Of a stretch of 64,000 bases of DNA, positions 12,563-26,929 are shown one piece after another. The notes under the pieces are model-generated. The model searched no databases, had not been told where the DNA came from, and saw only the letters and a list, made by a program, of their open reading frames with translations. Source of the DNA: Octopus sinensis (Eukaryota); contig NC_043016.1 in the NCBI RefSeq assembly GCF_006345805.1, positions 27,962,001-28,026,000 on the forward strand. The letters are read 5' to 3'. Position 1 is the stretch's first letter; each line of letters begins with the position of its first letter. Made by a program: the position numbers and the translations under genes.

Positions 12563-13391
12563 CAGTCTGCTTTGATGCAAGTCAGATGTGAGTTTACTTG
12601 GATAGAAATAATGCATCTATTAATAAGAGTTGAAATTATTGCATGCTGGATGTCACAGCTCGTTCATAGTCAGCCTATGGGGGTGGGGTCATAGGCTGTT
12701 GTGTTTCAGGCTGGTTTATTGCTAAATATTTCTGGACTTTTAACTTCATTTGAGCATTATATTATATGGTAAGGTAACTGTCATTTTTACATCAGTTAAT
12801 TGAATCTGTTTTGATTTAAAAACAATGTTATGTGCAGTGTACCTTTTACATCAAGTTTAATTTGATAATTAGTATGTTTACACTTGTTGCTCCAGAATGT
12901 AATCAATTGTAATTTCATTTTCTCTAATTTATAGCATCTTATTTATTTATAGCATTGTGGAATTAATTAGTGTATAATTCTTTTGATGTATTTTATCTAT
13001 TGGTAATTAATCCTTAACCAACTTTGTATTCTGTTTATTTAAATTTTACTCATTAGCAATACTTAAGTGTTGGTTTATCAATTGATGAAATCTCATGGCA
13101 GTGTAAGACATGTACAATCCTTTGTTATTCTCTAGGTTCTACTTAATCAAGATTTATATTAGAATATTGAAATACATCTTAAATTTGTATGGTTATTATA
13201 GCAGTTTATTTGAGATGATTATCAACAAAGTATCATGACTTATTCTTATGTGTGTCTTGATTTAATATTTAATTTTAACAAGTGATACTCCATGTGGTTG
13301 ACTCAAATATCAGATATATATTCTTCTGTATGAATATAACATATGTCTAAAATATATAGGACTCTTACATATTTATTTGTTTCATTTACAG

Positions 13392-13596
13392 CTTAATGGA
13401 AATTCTAGAAATTGCAGAGGACATGCAGATTGATATACCTAAAATTTGGCAATATCTTGGTGAGCTCATTAGTCCTGTAATACAAGCAGGCGGTATGCCT
13501 TTGAGTTTTTTGAAAATGGCATGTGAACCTTTGAAGAAATCAAATTTAGGTGGTATATTACCATCAGAAATATTAAAGGATCTTTGTAAGACGATG
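13392..13596 (+). CDS. EIF4G: eIF4G MA3 exon: LMEILEIAEDMQIDIPKIWQYLGELI...LCKTM
   Basis: cag/gtaagt; AEDMxIDIPxIWxYLxEL motif. Confidence 0.96.
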
Positions 13597-14498
13597 GTAA
13601 GTTTAAATCTCACTAAATATTTATTGCTATTTGTACATTGTTGTATCTGATAAGACAGTGTCTTTTCTTAGGCGTAGCAGTTACATTATTAACAATTTAA
13701 AGAAGTGGAATGAAGAGTGTACAGTTGTATACAGCAATCGCAAATGTTAACATGACATTTGCAGTGGATGTCACTGTAGTTAGGTTTTTTTTTGTTTTTT
13801 TCCCCCCTCTCCAATTATGCAATAACTATAAAGATTTTCTGAACATATAAAACTGCAGTATATCTTATTTAAATGCTTATGAAGGTTTATAGAATATGCA
13901 ATAAAGATCTTCTAAATTAGAATTTTGAGAGATAGCGAGGATTATGCTGAGGAGTTAGGAGAGAGATTATTAAAGGAAAGGAAAGATATCTATTTTTAGC
14001 TACTAATTTTCTTTGTTTTGTCTTTAACAACCTTTATACTGAATTGTTAGGCATGGTAATACACAGTCAATGGTATGACCTTCATTAGTCATAATTCATT
14101 TTGTAAATCTGGTATCATTCATGAAATTGTTTCAGGTACTGCAACCAATATAAAAAAATAGTTCAATGCTATTTTCCTAATTTGTGTTACCTGATACATG
14201 TTTATATATTTATACTTCTAAAACTCTTTTAGCGTATAAACTGACCATATATGGTCCAAAGTGTTCTATCTGTTTTGTTTAAACTGGCCAAATCTGGCTT
14301 CTTGTCTGTACCCAACAATGCCTCATTCTAACTCTGAGATTTCAATGATGTAATTGCTTCAGTCAAATAAATGTGAATAAATATGTATTGCATTTGACTG
14401 TGCTCTGAATGCTAAAGAATTACTAACTTATAAAGTACATGTAAGATTTGAACTTTCCAGATTTTAAAATGTTTGTGAATTTGTATTTTACTTTTTAG

Positions 14499-14594
14499 GG
14501 ACAAGATAAAGCAGCAGAATTATGGCAATCATCAAAATTACAATGGTCTGATTTCTTAGATGAGAAAGATATTGATTCATTTATAAAAGAGAAG
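14499..14594 (+). CDS. EIF4G: eIF4G exon: GQDKAAELWQSSKLQWSDFLDEKDIDSFIKEK
   Basis: tag/gtaatt; LW..S.L.W.DFL pattern. Confidence 0.92.
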
Positions 14595-14718
14595 GTAATT
14601 AATATTCATGAGCAATTAGTATTTTTCTAGATATTTCTAATTTCTTCTCGTGAAGGTTTTATCTTAAAAATTACTTGGCATTTCATCACTGACATTGTGA
14701 AATTGAATTGTCTTTCAG

Positions 14719-14856
14719 AAACTTGAATATACACTCGGGGGAAGTGTTTCCAAACCAGTGCCAGGTTCCTTGACAATAGCCAACATTCAATCAAAGTTAA
14801 CTGAATTAATATCTAAATCTGAACAGTCTGAGAATGAGATAACTGCCTGGATAGAG
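14719..14856 (+). CDS. EIF4G: eIF4G exon (start of W2): KLEYTL...ENEITAWIE
   Basis: cag/gtaata; KLEYTL and I..WIE motifs. Confidence 0.9.
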
Positions 14857-17217
14857 GTAATATTTTACTGTTTTGCTCTTGATCACTCTCCTGCTTCTCT
14901 TGTCTTTTTTGTAACTCCATTCAATGTATCATATTTGCTGGAATATTTTTTAAAATGTATTTTTAAAAATATTACCCTGCACTCAGTGTGGCTGTACTAT
15001 GGATAGAAGACCAGCTATTGTAGCCAGATAAGTAGAATCCTGCTACGGGAAAATAAATCTTAATTATAGCAAAAAAAAATATTGGCAACAAAGAAATATA
15101 TCATAGTCTGTTAGCACAGACACAAAGAAAAATTGCTAACCGTATCCCGGCTGTTATGTAGGGGAGTCACATCTCATTAAACCTCCTTCCGCAGTATACA
15201 TAACACACCGGGTATGTGCCTTACACTATGTAATGACTATACCTTTAGGGAACCCTTTTAATTATCTAGATGGAAATTCTCTGGGAAACATGAAAGAGTT
15301 ACTAAACTTTCATCTGCCTGCCAGCTGTTTGTAATGGGTGAATAACAATACAAGTGTTGCTTGAACTTGATGTTTGATCATGATTACATAAAACATTACA
15401 GCCAGAAGTACAAGTTTTACTTCTTGTATGACAATTTTCTTGAGCCAAATTCAAATATATAGTCAATTGAAAAGATGAATTACTCCAGCATGGCCACAGT
15501 CTAATGACTGAAACAGATAAATATAAATTTATGATTGTATACTTCCTTCCTGTATACTCTGTCAATATTGTATTTGCATGCACTTTTAAAACATTCAATA
15601 AGTATACGGTGAAACATACTAAATTGTTGCATCCTATTCAAATTTCTTTGTAAAATAGATATGTCTGATACACTGGCAAATAGTGTAATCATAAAAGTTG
15701 GGGGATCATACACACAAACATCGGCTTCTTTCAGTTTATGTCTACCAAATTCACTCACGAGGCTTTGGTTGGACCGAGTCTATAGTAGAAAACACTCTTT
15801 AAAGTACAGTTGAATTTCATGTAGCCACCTGTTGGTAACATTTCTCCCCCACCCATTTTGTAGGAGGTATTACCCATTTTTCTGGGCTCTTTTCCCAGCT
15901 TCACGGTTTTTGAAATTTGCACTAGTTTTTGTATGAGAAAAAGGAAGTGGGGCTTGTTTGTAGAGAAAGTGTTAAGCATGCCTTGGAAAAAGTGGAGGGG
16001 TGAGCCCCCACCCACCCACCCACTAAAAGACATGCATGATTGTGAAAGAAGGCAAGTACGTACTGGGGGTGGGGTGAGGAAGACCTAACAGTTGATCATT
16101 CTAGAATTCCCAGAATAAGAACATAAACACCTGAAAGACTTTCCTTCTATTCATTTCTTTTAACAATGCGGAAGAGGGATAGACACTCAGTAAAAAAGCT
16201 AGAAAAGATCAATTGTAATTTAAGTCTAATTGTCATTTTAAATGACAGGCTTTCCTTTCTGTCTCTATTGCTTCCCTCTTTTTCTGTAAGGTTAAGAGAG
16301 TGAAGGTGCATGTCTCAGTGGTTAGGGGTATTTGGTCCATGATCATAAAGTCATGAGTATGATTCCCTGTGGCATACTGTGTTTTTGAGCAAGGTACTCT
16401 ACCTAAGACAAAATAATTATTTTGTCATGTATTCGTCCTCGTCTCCTGCTCAGTTTGATAATAGCTTGCACATCTGTGTTTACTTGGGGGCTTGGCCTCC
16501 AGATCTCTGCGACACATAATGATCCTAATGACTAAAACAATTTTTCTGCCCTGTATAGGATCATTTTTCATTTCTCTTCCAACCACCTGAAGGTTTTTAT
16601 CTTTCTCCAGTCCTCTCAGCTGGCCAAAATGAGTTGTAGCTGTAATTGAAAGGGGCCAGTCTTGTCATATTGTGTGAGACTGAATCTCCTTGAGAATGAT
16701 ATGCATGTCTGTGGAGTACTCAGCCACTTGTGAGTTAATTTTATCCTCGTGTGGTACTGAAAAGTGAGAGTGACATCAAATATTTGTTGTAGTTATTTAA
16801 CAATGTGTCTGTGTCTACTGTCTCTCACTTTTTCTCTTTCACTTCCTCTATGTCCCTCCTCTCTTCTGCTTGTAATTAAACAATACATTTATCTACTAGC
16901 AGTGATGTGATAAACATTTAAAAACACAACATGAATACCATCACCACTCACTCTATGTCCTCCTCTCTCGCTTTGTCACTCACTTTGAAGTGTGACACAC
17001 ACGCCAGGTACATACAAAAACAACAAATTGGCATCTTAATATTATTGATTTTGTAATTGAACTATATTTTTGGATCTGATTTGTTTTGCTATCCTGATAC
17101 ACTTTTGTTATTAACCAGTCTGCAGCTCTTCTCACACTTCTCAGCTGTTGAATACATTGTATTTGATTCATCTTTTTTGTATGCTGTACTATATGTAATA
17201 TATTGTACTTTATTTAG

Positions 17218-17299
17218 GCTTATGTCTCAGAGCAACAGAAGAAAGATCCTTTGGTAATCCGTGCTATTATGACTGCAGTATGTTCAAGTTGTCTCTCAG
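17218..17299 (+). CDS. EIF4G: eIF4G W2 exon: AYVSEQQKKDPLVIRAIMTAVCSSCLS
   Basis: tag/gtttgt; matches FVRALMTAVC. Confidence 0.9.
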
Positions 17300-17307
17300 G
17301 TTTGTTA

Positions 17308-17340
<33 letters not shown>

Positions 17341-17730
17341 ATCGCATCAAGTGGCTTCAACCACTGGCAGTTATGAAACTGGATCATATTGATTCCACTG
17401 ACATCTACATTGATGTGGGTTATTATTTTGGAATTTTTCCCACTTGACTACATTCTGTGTCACTGAAATTTATATGTACATTTTTCTTTTCATTTTAAAA
17501 GTTAAAGTGTTTGCATTCCCTAAATTTACTAAATCAATGCAATGAGGTCAAAATATTTTGTGAAAGATTTGTGAACACAAACATTGCCGAGTATATGAAC
17601 AGTTAAATTTTGTTGCTTAGCAAGTAGAATGTTAAACACTTTCTGGTTCATTCTGTTCATTAATTACATTGTAGAACCTGGTGTTGTCTTCGATGCAGTT
17701 CTAAAGGAATTATTGATTTCCATTTTGTAG

Positions 17731-17868
17731 GTCCAAATTTCATGCCTCAAGAACAAAAGTTGCGTGGTTATTCCAGTTTACTTAAAAAGTATTTGAAAAA
17801 TAAAGACGACGAGGTGCAGGCCCTATATGCGCTCCAGTTATTGGATACCAAACTGGAGCACCCACCAA
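17731..17868 (+). CDS. EIF4G: eIF4G W2 exon: ...LLKKYLKNKDDEVQALYALQLLDTKLEHPP
   Basis: tag/gtaggt; LLxKYL..E.QALYALQ..LEHPP. Confidence 0.95.
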
Positions 17869-18891
17869 GTAGGTTATTTCATTTTAATTTCTATTGCTTT
17901 TTTTTTCCTCTCTGTATTTTAACAACCTGCATAGAACACCATGCATTAGAAGTAGTCAAATAGTAGCCCCCTGTAGGCAGTAAAGAAATGGTGAGACAGG
18001 CTTTGTGACAACTGATATTAATGATAATTACTCGTACAATTGTTCTGGTCACCAGCCATTCATAGTAACTAGTCTGTGTGTGTACGCATACTTACCTGTA
18101 CACTACTGATTAAAGCCTTATTAATATAAACAATTATACATGATTGACATTAGAATTTACATTCGTTTAGGAAGTTATTTTACTTCAGAAGTCGAAGATG
18201 TTTGTGAATTTATTAGACAGTGATTGTGTGAGGAATTTAGAGAACCACTGAGCATATTCCAAATGTGAACAAGATAATTTGTTTCAAGCTGATGAGGCGA
18301 GTGGTGATTGAAGAAACAAGTGTATGATTAGTTGGAGGTGTAGGGCATGGGCAAGTTAAGTAACAACAGTAAATGTTGGGGTAGGGTTTGAATGATGGAT
18401 GTAGAGAGTAGATAAGGGGTAGGAGCAACAACTGATTGGGAGATGTATGAGATGCAGAAAAGGAGTAAGGGAGAACAGTAGGATAATGGTTCTGTTGATG
18501 GGACAGACGAGAAATATTTGATTGTGTAGGCTGGAGATGAGTATTAATAGGGTATTACTAAATTCCAAAAATTCACATATCCATTCTTGTGAACAGTTTC
18601 ACGAAGTCAGTTCAGCAAAATTTGTCACTTGTTCCAGTTAATAAGTGGAACAAATATCAGTAAACAATTTAGTATTAAAACAACAACTTGTAAATAAAAG
18701 AGAACTAGTTACTTTCTATTTAATTAGATAAAAATGAATTTGGTTCTGAAGAAATACATTTTAAATATGTGTTAGCAGTTTTAAATATCAGAAATAAAAA
18801 TACATTGCATTGTATAATGTTTTCATATTGTCTATTAGAAAAGTGTAATATGATGGCTTTACTGATCTTTCTTTTTCAATTTTTTTTACAG

Positions 18892-19082
18892 GTGTCTTAA
18901 AAAAATTATTTGTTATATTATATGAAGAGGTAATTTCTAAACAAGCCTTCATCAGTTGGGGAACGGCTTCTGAGCCTGCTGAGATGGAAGGTCGAGGTGT
19001 TGCTCTTAAACAAGTCTCTCACTTTTTACATGACCTAGAAAAAGTTGATGATGATGAGGAAATTGATGCAGATGACAGTTGA
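18892..19082 (+). CDS. EIF4G: eIF4G last coding exon: VLKKLFVILYEEVISKQAFISW...EGRGVALKQVSHFLHDLEKVDDDEEIDADDS*
   Basis: cag acceptor; G(K/R)GVALK motif; TGA at 19080-19082. Confidence 0.93.
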
Positions 19083-19149
19083 TTTTTAAAAAATAACATT
19101 TTTTTTTAGGTAAAGAAAACATGGAAAAACATGAAACACATATGCCCAC

Positions 19150-19518
19150 ACACAAATGTGTGTATGCACATGAGCATATATATGTGTGTGTGTGTATATA
19201 TGTATATATGGGTGTGTGTGTGCGTGGGTGTATATATATATACATATTATATACATATGTGTATGTATTTATATATATACACATTTCAAATAATATATAT
19301 ATATAAGTAAATGGGTGTGTGTATGTAATGGAATGACTGTATATGTTATATATTCACACGTGTATAACTGGATATATACACATATGCGTATGTGCGTGCA
19401 CATAAATATATACATGTTAATGAGTGCATGCAGTATGTAAGGAACATATATGCACATATGCAGGTGATTTATATGTTCAGCCATCAAAATCCATGTGTGT
19501 ATTTGCATCATATATGTA

Positions 19519-19576
<58 letters not shown>

Positions 19577-19586
19577 CATATATTAC

Positions 19587-19618
<32 letters not shown>

Positions 19619-20348
19619 ACTTACTTGGAAGTGGATGCGTGGCGTTCGATCATATAATAAAATAATATATAATGCATATATACATACATACATATATGTA
19701 CATACCTACATCTATATGTATATATACATGCATATATGGGGTACAGGACACCAAAAAAGCGTTGAACACAATGAGAAACGAAAACATGTTTTTGTTTTTA
19801 TGCTTTCGTTTCTCATTGTGTTCAGCGTTTTTTGATGTCCTGTACCCATATATGCATGTATATATATATATAGATGTAGGTATGTACATATGTGTATTTA
19901 TATGTGCATGTTTTTTTATATATATATATATATATAATATATATATATATGTATATACATACATATATATATCATAAATAAAATCTGTGTGTACTTTTAA
20001 TGATTGTATATATATGTGCATGTGGATAGGTGTGTATGTGTGCACACATACACTTGCTTCTAGTTATATTTATGTGCACTCGCATGCAAATTTACATAAC
20101 TGTATATATATATGTGTGTGTGAGTGTGTATGTGCATGTTTGTGTATATATTTGTACTTAATTGAGTGTATCTATATGTATGCTTATGTACATGAAAATA
20201 CATATACACATGTGAATGTGTGTATAATACATATATATACATATGCATATACATATATGTATATATATGTGTGCATCTATATATATATATATATTTATAT
20301 ATATGTATATATATATATATTTATATATATGTATATATATATAATTTA

Positions 20349-20381
<33 letters not shown>

Positions 20382-20700
20382 TATCTCCCGATAGGTTAAT
20401 TAAAAAGGAAATTAAATTTTTTGTTTTGTTGTTTCCTTTTCTTTATTTATTTATGTTTGGTATTGGGGCTTAATGAAGATGAGCTGCCTTTGCTAATTGT
20501 TTCTGCGTAAGTGATATGTATGGAGTAGACTTTGAATGCACTTGCTGTGTTGTGTGTGTGTGTGTGTATACATATATATATGTATATATAAAACATTAAA
20601 CAATCTAGACCAGTTTGGGCAGCTAGTGATATCAATTTGAGTGCTTCTGTATATGTATATATTATATACATGGATGTGTGTGTATATACATGAGTGCATG
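19150..20700. repeat. Compound (TA)n/(TG)n/(CATA)n microsatellite field
   Basis: Directly visible; explains the spurious YIYI/CVCV ORFs. Confidence 0.95.
19694..19891. repeat. Inverted repeat (arms 19694-19787 and 19800-19891, 12-nt spacer)
   Basis: Arms about 90% complementary by eye; same family as 5250-5345. Confidence 0.9.
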
Positions 20701-23700
20701 TGCCCCATTTTGGTTGCTTTTTTTTTTTTTTTTTTTCATTTTAATATTTTTCATTACTTTTTTTTTTCTATATACAGAAATAAGTCTGTAATACTGATCC
20801 TAATAACAATTTTAATAATAATTATAATAAATAATAATAATGTTAATATTAAATATGATAATAAAACTTATAATGTTAATATGTCTATGGTACTTTGTGA
20901 TAAATGTTTTAAAGATAATGGCTAATTACCTCACTGTGTATTTTTTTTTTTTTTTTTTCATAATGTATGTGATATTGTGCTTGGAGTACGTGGATATTAT
21001 AAGGGTTCTGGGGTTTGGGTGACTTGTAGTTTTGATTGGTTTTCTGTCTGTTGTAGTATGACAGCGGATCTGTTATATGAGTGCAGTGGCAGAACTAGTG
21101 CATCATGATATAGAAATTGAGTGGGCTGTTTTATATTGTGAACACAGAGAGTTCTGAGGGATAGGATGAAGAAAGTTAGTAGTGGTAAGAGTTTGAATTG
21201 CTGTGAGCATAGTAGCAGAATGCAGGTTAGTTAAAACAGTAAAGACTTGGGGCAATGCAACAAGAGGTAAAGGTGAAGATAACTTGGTATCTGTGAAGAG
21301 AATAGAGGGAGTGAGCTATCAGGATTGGTCAAACATTAAAGCAATATAGGAGACTGAATTGTTGCATGTGGGCAAAGAACTTTGAGAAGAAAAAGGGGCA
21401 GTTTCTGTGGAGGTTGGGCAATATTGCAAGAGAAACAGCTTGGTAAATTAAAGTGTGTATGTGATGTTGATGGGAGAAACAATAGAAATAATCACTAGAA
21501 TGAGTGGGTCAGCTATATAACATAAATTGTTTCATAGCTCTATTTTTAACTAACTCTAAGATGGTTTTCTTATTTGTAAATTTATATATATGGTAGTTTA
21601 GATATCGTTATCAATTTTACATCTAGCAGACTCCTTGTTTTCAAGGTGCTTTATTCCACTAGTGTGTAGCATGGCTAAATGAGAAAGTTTACTTTACAAA
21701 CAATGAGGTCCTCTGTTCAAATTCATTTTATGACATCATTAGGAAATAAATATTCTGTGGCTTGAGGTCAAATTATGAAATTGATTAGATAAACTGGTAG
21801 ATGGATTGTACTTGTCCCATTGGTTCTTAGAATTAAGGATTGTGTATGAATGTATGGTTTTGACATTAAAGATTCAGGTACGGTTACCTGATCATTCAAT
21901 TTAACATGTAGCTGAGTATACTGGGCATTGTTACGGTAATTGTTAGTGATAAGTATTTGACAGGTTTCTATGGTTTGCATTTATAGAATTTCACTTGCAT
22001 GCACAATGGTTTCAACAAAAGGTATTATTAGAAGACATTTATTAAAGGTATTATTAGAAGACAATTCTGGAACTGCATGGTTGCAAAATGAGGTTAAAAA
22101 TTAAACAGCTATGCTGGCACTTTGAGAGACTTATTATTGGTATCTAGAATCAAGTTTTCTTAAATATTTACACTGGCAATATCAGATCCAGATAGTCTGC
22201 CTGTCTTCTGTTGAAATCAGACAGATCCAGTCTCTCACACCTACCCTACAATGTCATTCTAGAGATAAACAATCACTTCATTGAAATCTTGAAGTGACAG
22301 GATAATACATGATTTAATTTAAAAGGTGACTGTATAAGCATTACATTTGACAGTAATCTGAAGTGTTTAATATTTAGAATTTATAAGCAAAACTTAGATA
22401 TGGATTTTGTATGTTGAGTTTAATTTTTAGTTTGTTTTTCATTAATATTTTAATACTTCTGATTACTAGTAATCAAACCTAGTTATTGATACTATTAATA
22501 CTGGTTTCAAGTTTTGCACAAAGCCAGCAATTTTCGGGGAAGGGGCTAAGTCAATTAAATAGACCCCAATGCCCGACTGGTATTTATTTTATAAATCCCT
22601 AAGGATGAAAGATAGTCGTCCTCTGCAACATTTTGTTTGTGCTAATGATTCTGCCAGCTTGCCACCTTTTTAACAATATGTTTGCAAGATCTAGAGTCAA
22701 TTAAGTGAGCCCATGATGAGATGAATGAGGATTATTAAATCTACTAATTGTTGCATTAACTATTCAAGCTTTGTCCTAGCTGATAGTTCAATTTCCCAAG
22801 TAGTTAATTAGACTCACCAGCATTTTGTCCTTCTTCCCTTTAATGGAAGCGTCAGTTTTCTAAAATTACCACATTAGTGTAATTTATAGTGAATGCTGCT
22901 CTTGCATCATGTCTATACATGCATTCCCAAACCATAAGTTTTACACTAACTACTAAACCCAGTTCATTGTCTCCCTGTTAAACATCACCACCTCTTATTC
23001 TATTTTTATCATGTCTCTTAAGAGAAATGCTTTGTGTTACTTACAATGCTCTGTCAGTCAGCAGAATCCCACCTAAACCAATAAAGCAATAATTTTGCTT
23101 TTCTGAATAGTCTTACTTTCACTTGTCCACTCTCTGATCATAAATATTTTAATTATGTAAGTGAACATTGGTCCTAGAGAAATTTAGATGGAATATTAAT
23201 CACACCAAACAAGTAAAGTGGAGTGTGTCATAAGCACAGTACTATTCTTTTGAATAATAGATAATTGTAAGTTTTATGTAATCAGGTATTCAAATTGAAA
23301 CGAATATAGGAAATAGGACATCATTGTTTTATGTGCAATTTCCATGCTGGTAGGATTTAACAAGCCAGAGGACCTCGTGCTCCATTGGCTAGATGCCTTC
23401 CCTAACATCAATTTTATTAGTACCAACACTGAAAAAGTTGCACTAATCAGTAAAATTCTTTTCCTGTTTTCTTGTGTAATGACAAGATTTGAGCTTAGTA
23501 CTTTAGAACATAATATTATCAAATGTGCCTGTTTATGTGACCAGGAAAAAGCTGGTCTGCTGTAAGTTAAGTAATTTGGATTTACTGACTTCAAAGATTT
23601 TCCTGTTGGGCTCTTGCATAATGTATCAAAAACAGCCAACCTTTAGCATTAAGATTTCTTGGTTAAATGTAATGCTTGTTATTCACATTGGTTTGAATTA

Positions 23701-25439
23701 ATCATGCATTATCTTGTAGCTTCAATATTTCAAATTGTGTCTTTGTATATTTTTTTTAGAATGACATTGTAGGGTAGGTATGAGAGGTTGCATCTAGTCA
23801 GCTTTAACATAGAGTTAGAATATTTTTGCCAGATTAAATGCTAAAGATATGAGAAGTATGCTTGTACAAGATAACATATCTTACTACGAAAAATTGTGTG
23901 TCTAAATGGAATTTGAACTGGAAGCAAAAACCACAAGTTTACTTGTGTGATACTCAATTCTGCTGGTCTACTTCACTAGGCTGATTATTTGACTACAAAA
24001 GTATAGAAGTTGGAGATCCAGACATTACATAAAAAATGGCATTGGCAATACTACAGCATTTTAACCTTTATACCATTGGTGATATAAATGTTAAAAACAG
24101 ATGCACACACATATAGTGGCCAATAATTGAAAGAGATATTGAATTGTGCAGGTATATGGAGGACTTGTAGATAAAGAACTAATTGTTTACTGGGACTTAG
24201 GCATTCACTACAGTTATTTGTCAACAGAGCAGATATTACTGCAGTTTTATGCTTTGAAGTATAATTTAGCTTACTAAGTAACATCTGTGTGTGTGTGTAT
24301 ATATACACATTTACACATATGTACCAGCAGACAACTAATTCCTAGGGAATCCACTCCAGTATACAACTTGTTCCTAGAAGGATGAAAGTTGATTAATATA
24401 GACATAGGTATCCACAACTTTAAATTAATGCCAACAACAATAGGTGCAGGCAAAGCTGTGGTAAGAAGTTGGTATCCCAACCATATAGTTCCAAGATCGA
24501 TCCCACTATGTAGCACATTGGGGGGTGACCAAAGCCTTGAGTGGATTTGATGGATGGAAAATGAAAAGCTTATATATATATATATATATATATACATACA
24601 CACAAGCAAAACGCTGTCCCACTCCCCGTCCAATGGATGGTGCTGAGTTATCAAACATTTAAAGCAAATTTTCTCAAAACAACTTGTCTGACTGTCCCAT
24701 AGGCCTCTCCTTTGGGAAACACTGATTTAATCTAAATTTGAGACACCGGCAAAAGAAGAAATAAAGATAGACTTTTTTTCTATTCCAAGAAAATGATTTT
24801 ACAAATGCACGTTCCCACAGCTTTATCGATTGCATTCTCACCTGGAATTGATTTTGGTAATTTTTTCAAAACTTATACATGCCATGATACCATTGGTATC
24901 TATATATCAAATTTGAGCACAATTGGATGGAGGATGCCCAAGATCCTAGAAGACACACACAGACAGAACAGATTTTATATAATAGATATGTGGGTGTGTG
25001 TCCCACTGCCACTTGACTAACAGTGCTGGTGTGTTTATTCCTTCATAACTTTCCAATTTGGCAAAATGACCAATAGAATAAACACCAGGTTTAAAAATAA
25101 AAAATAAAGTACTGGAGTCACTTTATTCAAGTAAAAATTCAAGACAGTATCCCAGCGTGGCAACACTCCAATGACAAACAAATAAAAGGTAAAAAATACA
25201 CTCCTGGTACAGGGATGCTTCATAAGATTATTGGTTACTGACAACTTTAAATTAATTCCCACATATATATTACTAGGACACTTCGTGGGATTGTACCTGG
25301 AATGCTACCCTCCATAGGTACAAGTCTGAACAGTTGTTTATGGAAGAGTCACCCATGCATATTGGCGTCCCCTCTCCATGCCACCAAGGGAAAAACAAAG
25401 GTTGATGCAGCTTGGCACCAGTGACCTCACAACTCATTT

Positions 25440-25655
25440 CTATGTTTAGCCCCTTGTGGGGCTAAACAAGGGCAGACAAAGGGATCAAGTTGATTACATC
25501 GACCTCAGTGCGTAACTAGTACTTAATTTATTGACCCCAAAAAGGATGAAAGGCAAAGTCGACTTCTGCGGAATTTGAACTCAGAACGTAGTGGCAGATG
25601 AAATACCGCTAAGCATTTTACCTGATGTTCTAATGTTTCTGCCAACACACAGCCT
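25440..25655 (-). mobile_element. tRNA-derived SINE (family B)
   Basis: Contains GGAATTTGAACTCAGAAC (B-box GTTCTGAGTTCAAATTCC on the minus strand); recurs at 51.3-51.9k, 59.9k and 60.7k. Confidence 0.75.
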
Positions 25656-26143
25656 TAAACTCATTTCTACAGCTGAGTGAACTGGAGCAATGTGAAATAA
25701 AGTGACTTGCTCAAGAACACAACACAGCCCTGTCTGGGAATTGAACTCACTACCTCATGATAGCAAACCCAATGCTCTAAGTATTATAGATTAACATTGA
25801 TTGAATTTCATATACAACGGATAACTATACTCAGAAACTGGGATGCATCCTATTATATGATTTAGGTACATCAGCCTAGACTGGTTAGTCAGTTTGCTCA
25901 ATATTCCTAGCTGGGCCCTGCATATGACATCTGGATATGGCTGGGACGACAGCTCATGCTGGTTAGCCATATGGTCATGGCAGATGTGGAGGTATCTTGC
26001 AGAAATGGAGATTGACTGACCCAAGCAAATACTAATGGTTTATGCATCAATGATATACTTGACCTGATACAACATGATCATTTGTCTTGAATGTCTTATT
26101 GATAATCCATCCTCTAACAAAGACAGCTTTTTATTTAGCCAGC

Positions 26144-26516
26144 AGGTGCAAGATTGGCTGTGTGATAAGTAGCTTGCTTACCAACCACATGGTTCTGAGT
26201 TCAGTCCCACTGCGTGGCACCTTGAGCAAGTGTCTTCTACTATAGCCTTGGACCAACCAAACCTTGTAAGTGGATTTGGTAGACGGAAACTGAAAGAAGC
26301 CCATTGTATATATGTATTTGTTTCTGTGTTTGTCCCCCCAACATCGCTTGACAACTGATGGTGGTGTGTTTATGTCCCCGTAACTTAGCGGCTTGGCAAA
26401 AGAGACCGATGGAATTGGTACTAGGCTCACAAAGAATAAATCCTGGGGTTGATTTGCTTGACTAATGGTGGTGCTCCAGCATGGCCACAGTCAAATGACT
26501 GAAACGAGTAAAGAGA
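26144..26516 (+). mobile_element. tRNA-derived SINE (family A), full length
   Basis: A-box TGGCTGTGTGA, B-box GTTCAGTCCC; body shared with 31422-31708, 56387-56786 and 59561-59905. Confidence 0.85.
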
Positions 26517-26929
26517 GTAGTTATCATTTGAGTTAAGTTTGGAAAACTCTTGTCTTTATACAGGTTACCATTCTGTGACAGATTGTGTGGTCATAGACAT
26601 ATGCTATACAGGAATGCACAATTAATAAAGGTCATACCACTAGACTGCATACACAAGCCTAACAAAAGATGCCCTTTATTTTATTACTTTACTGTCTAGA
26701 CAAATCACAAATGCTTTCAGGTAAATGATCCTGCTTGATGTGTAGGAAAGGCATGGGTAACATTCCATTAGGTGTACCCAGTGCAGGAAGGTTAACTGGA
26801 AAAATAGTTTTTGTGTGTGGAAGGTGCACAAGTACAATAAACAATAATAATGATTCCATCAAATGCCAGGCAGGTAAGCTATAGGTAGTTGATAGCTTTC
26901 TTTATCTAAGCGACCAAGTCAGTAACAGA

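Noticed and set aside
19006-21022. Many YIYI/CVCV ORFs
   Set aside because: Translations of dinucleotide microsatellites.
23274-23639. 121-aa minus ORF, vaguely pogo-like
   Set aside because: No convincing DDE motif or splice context.
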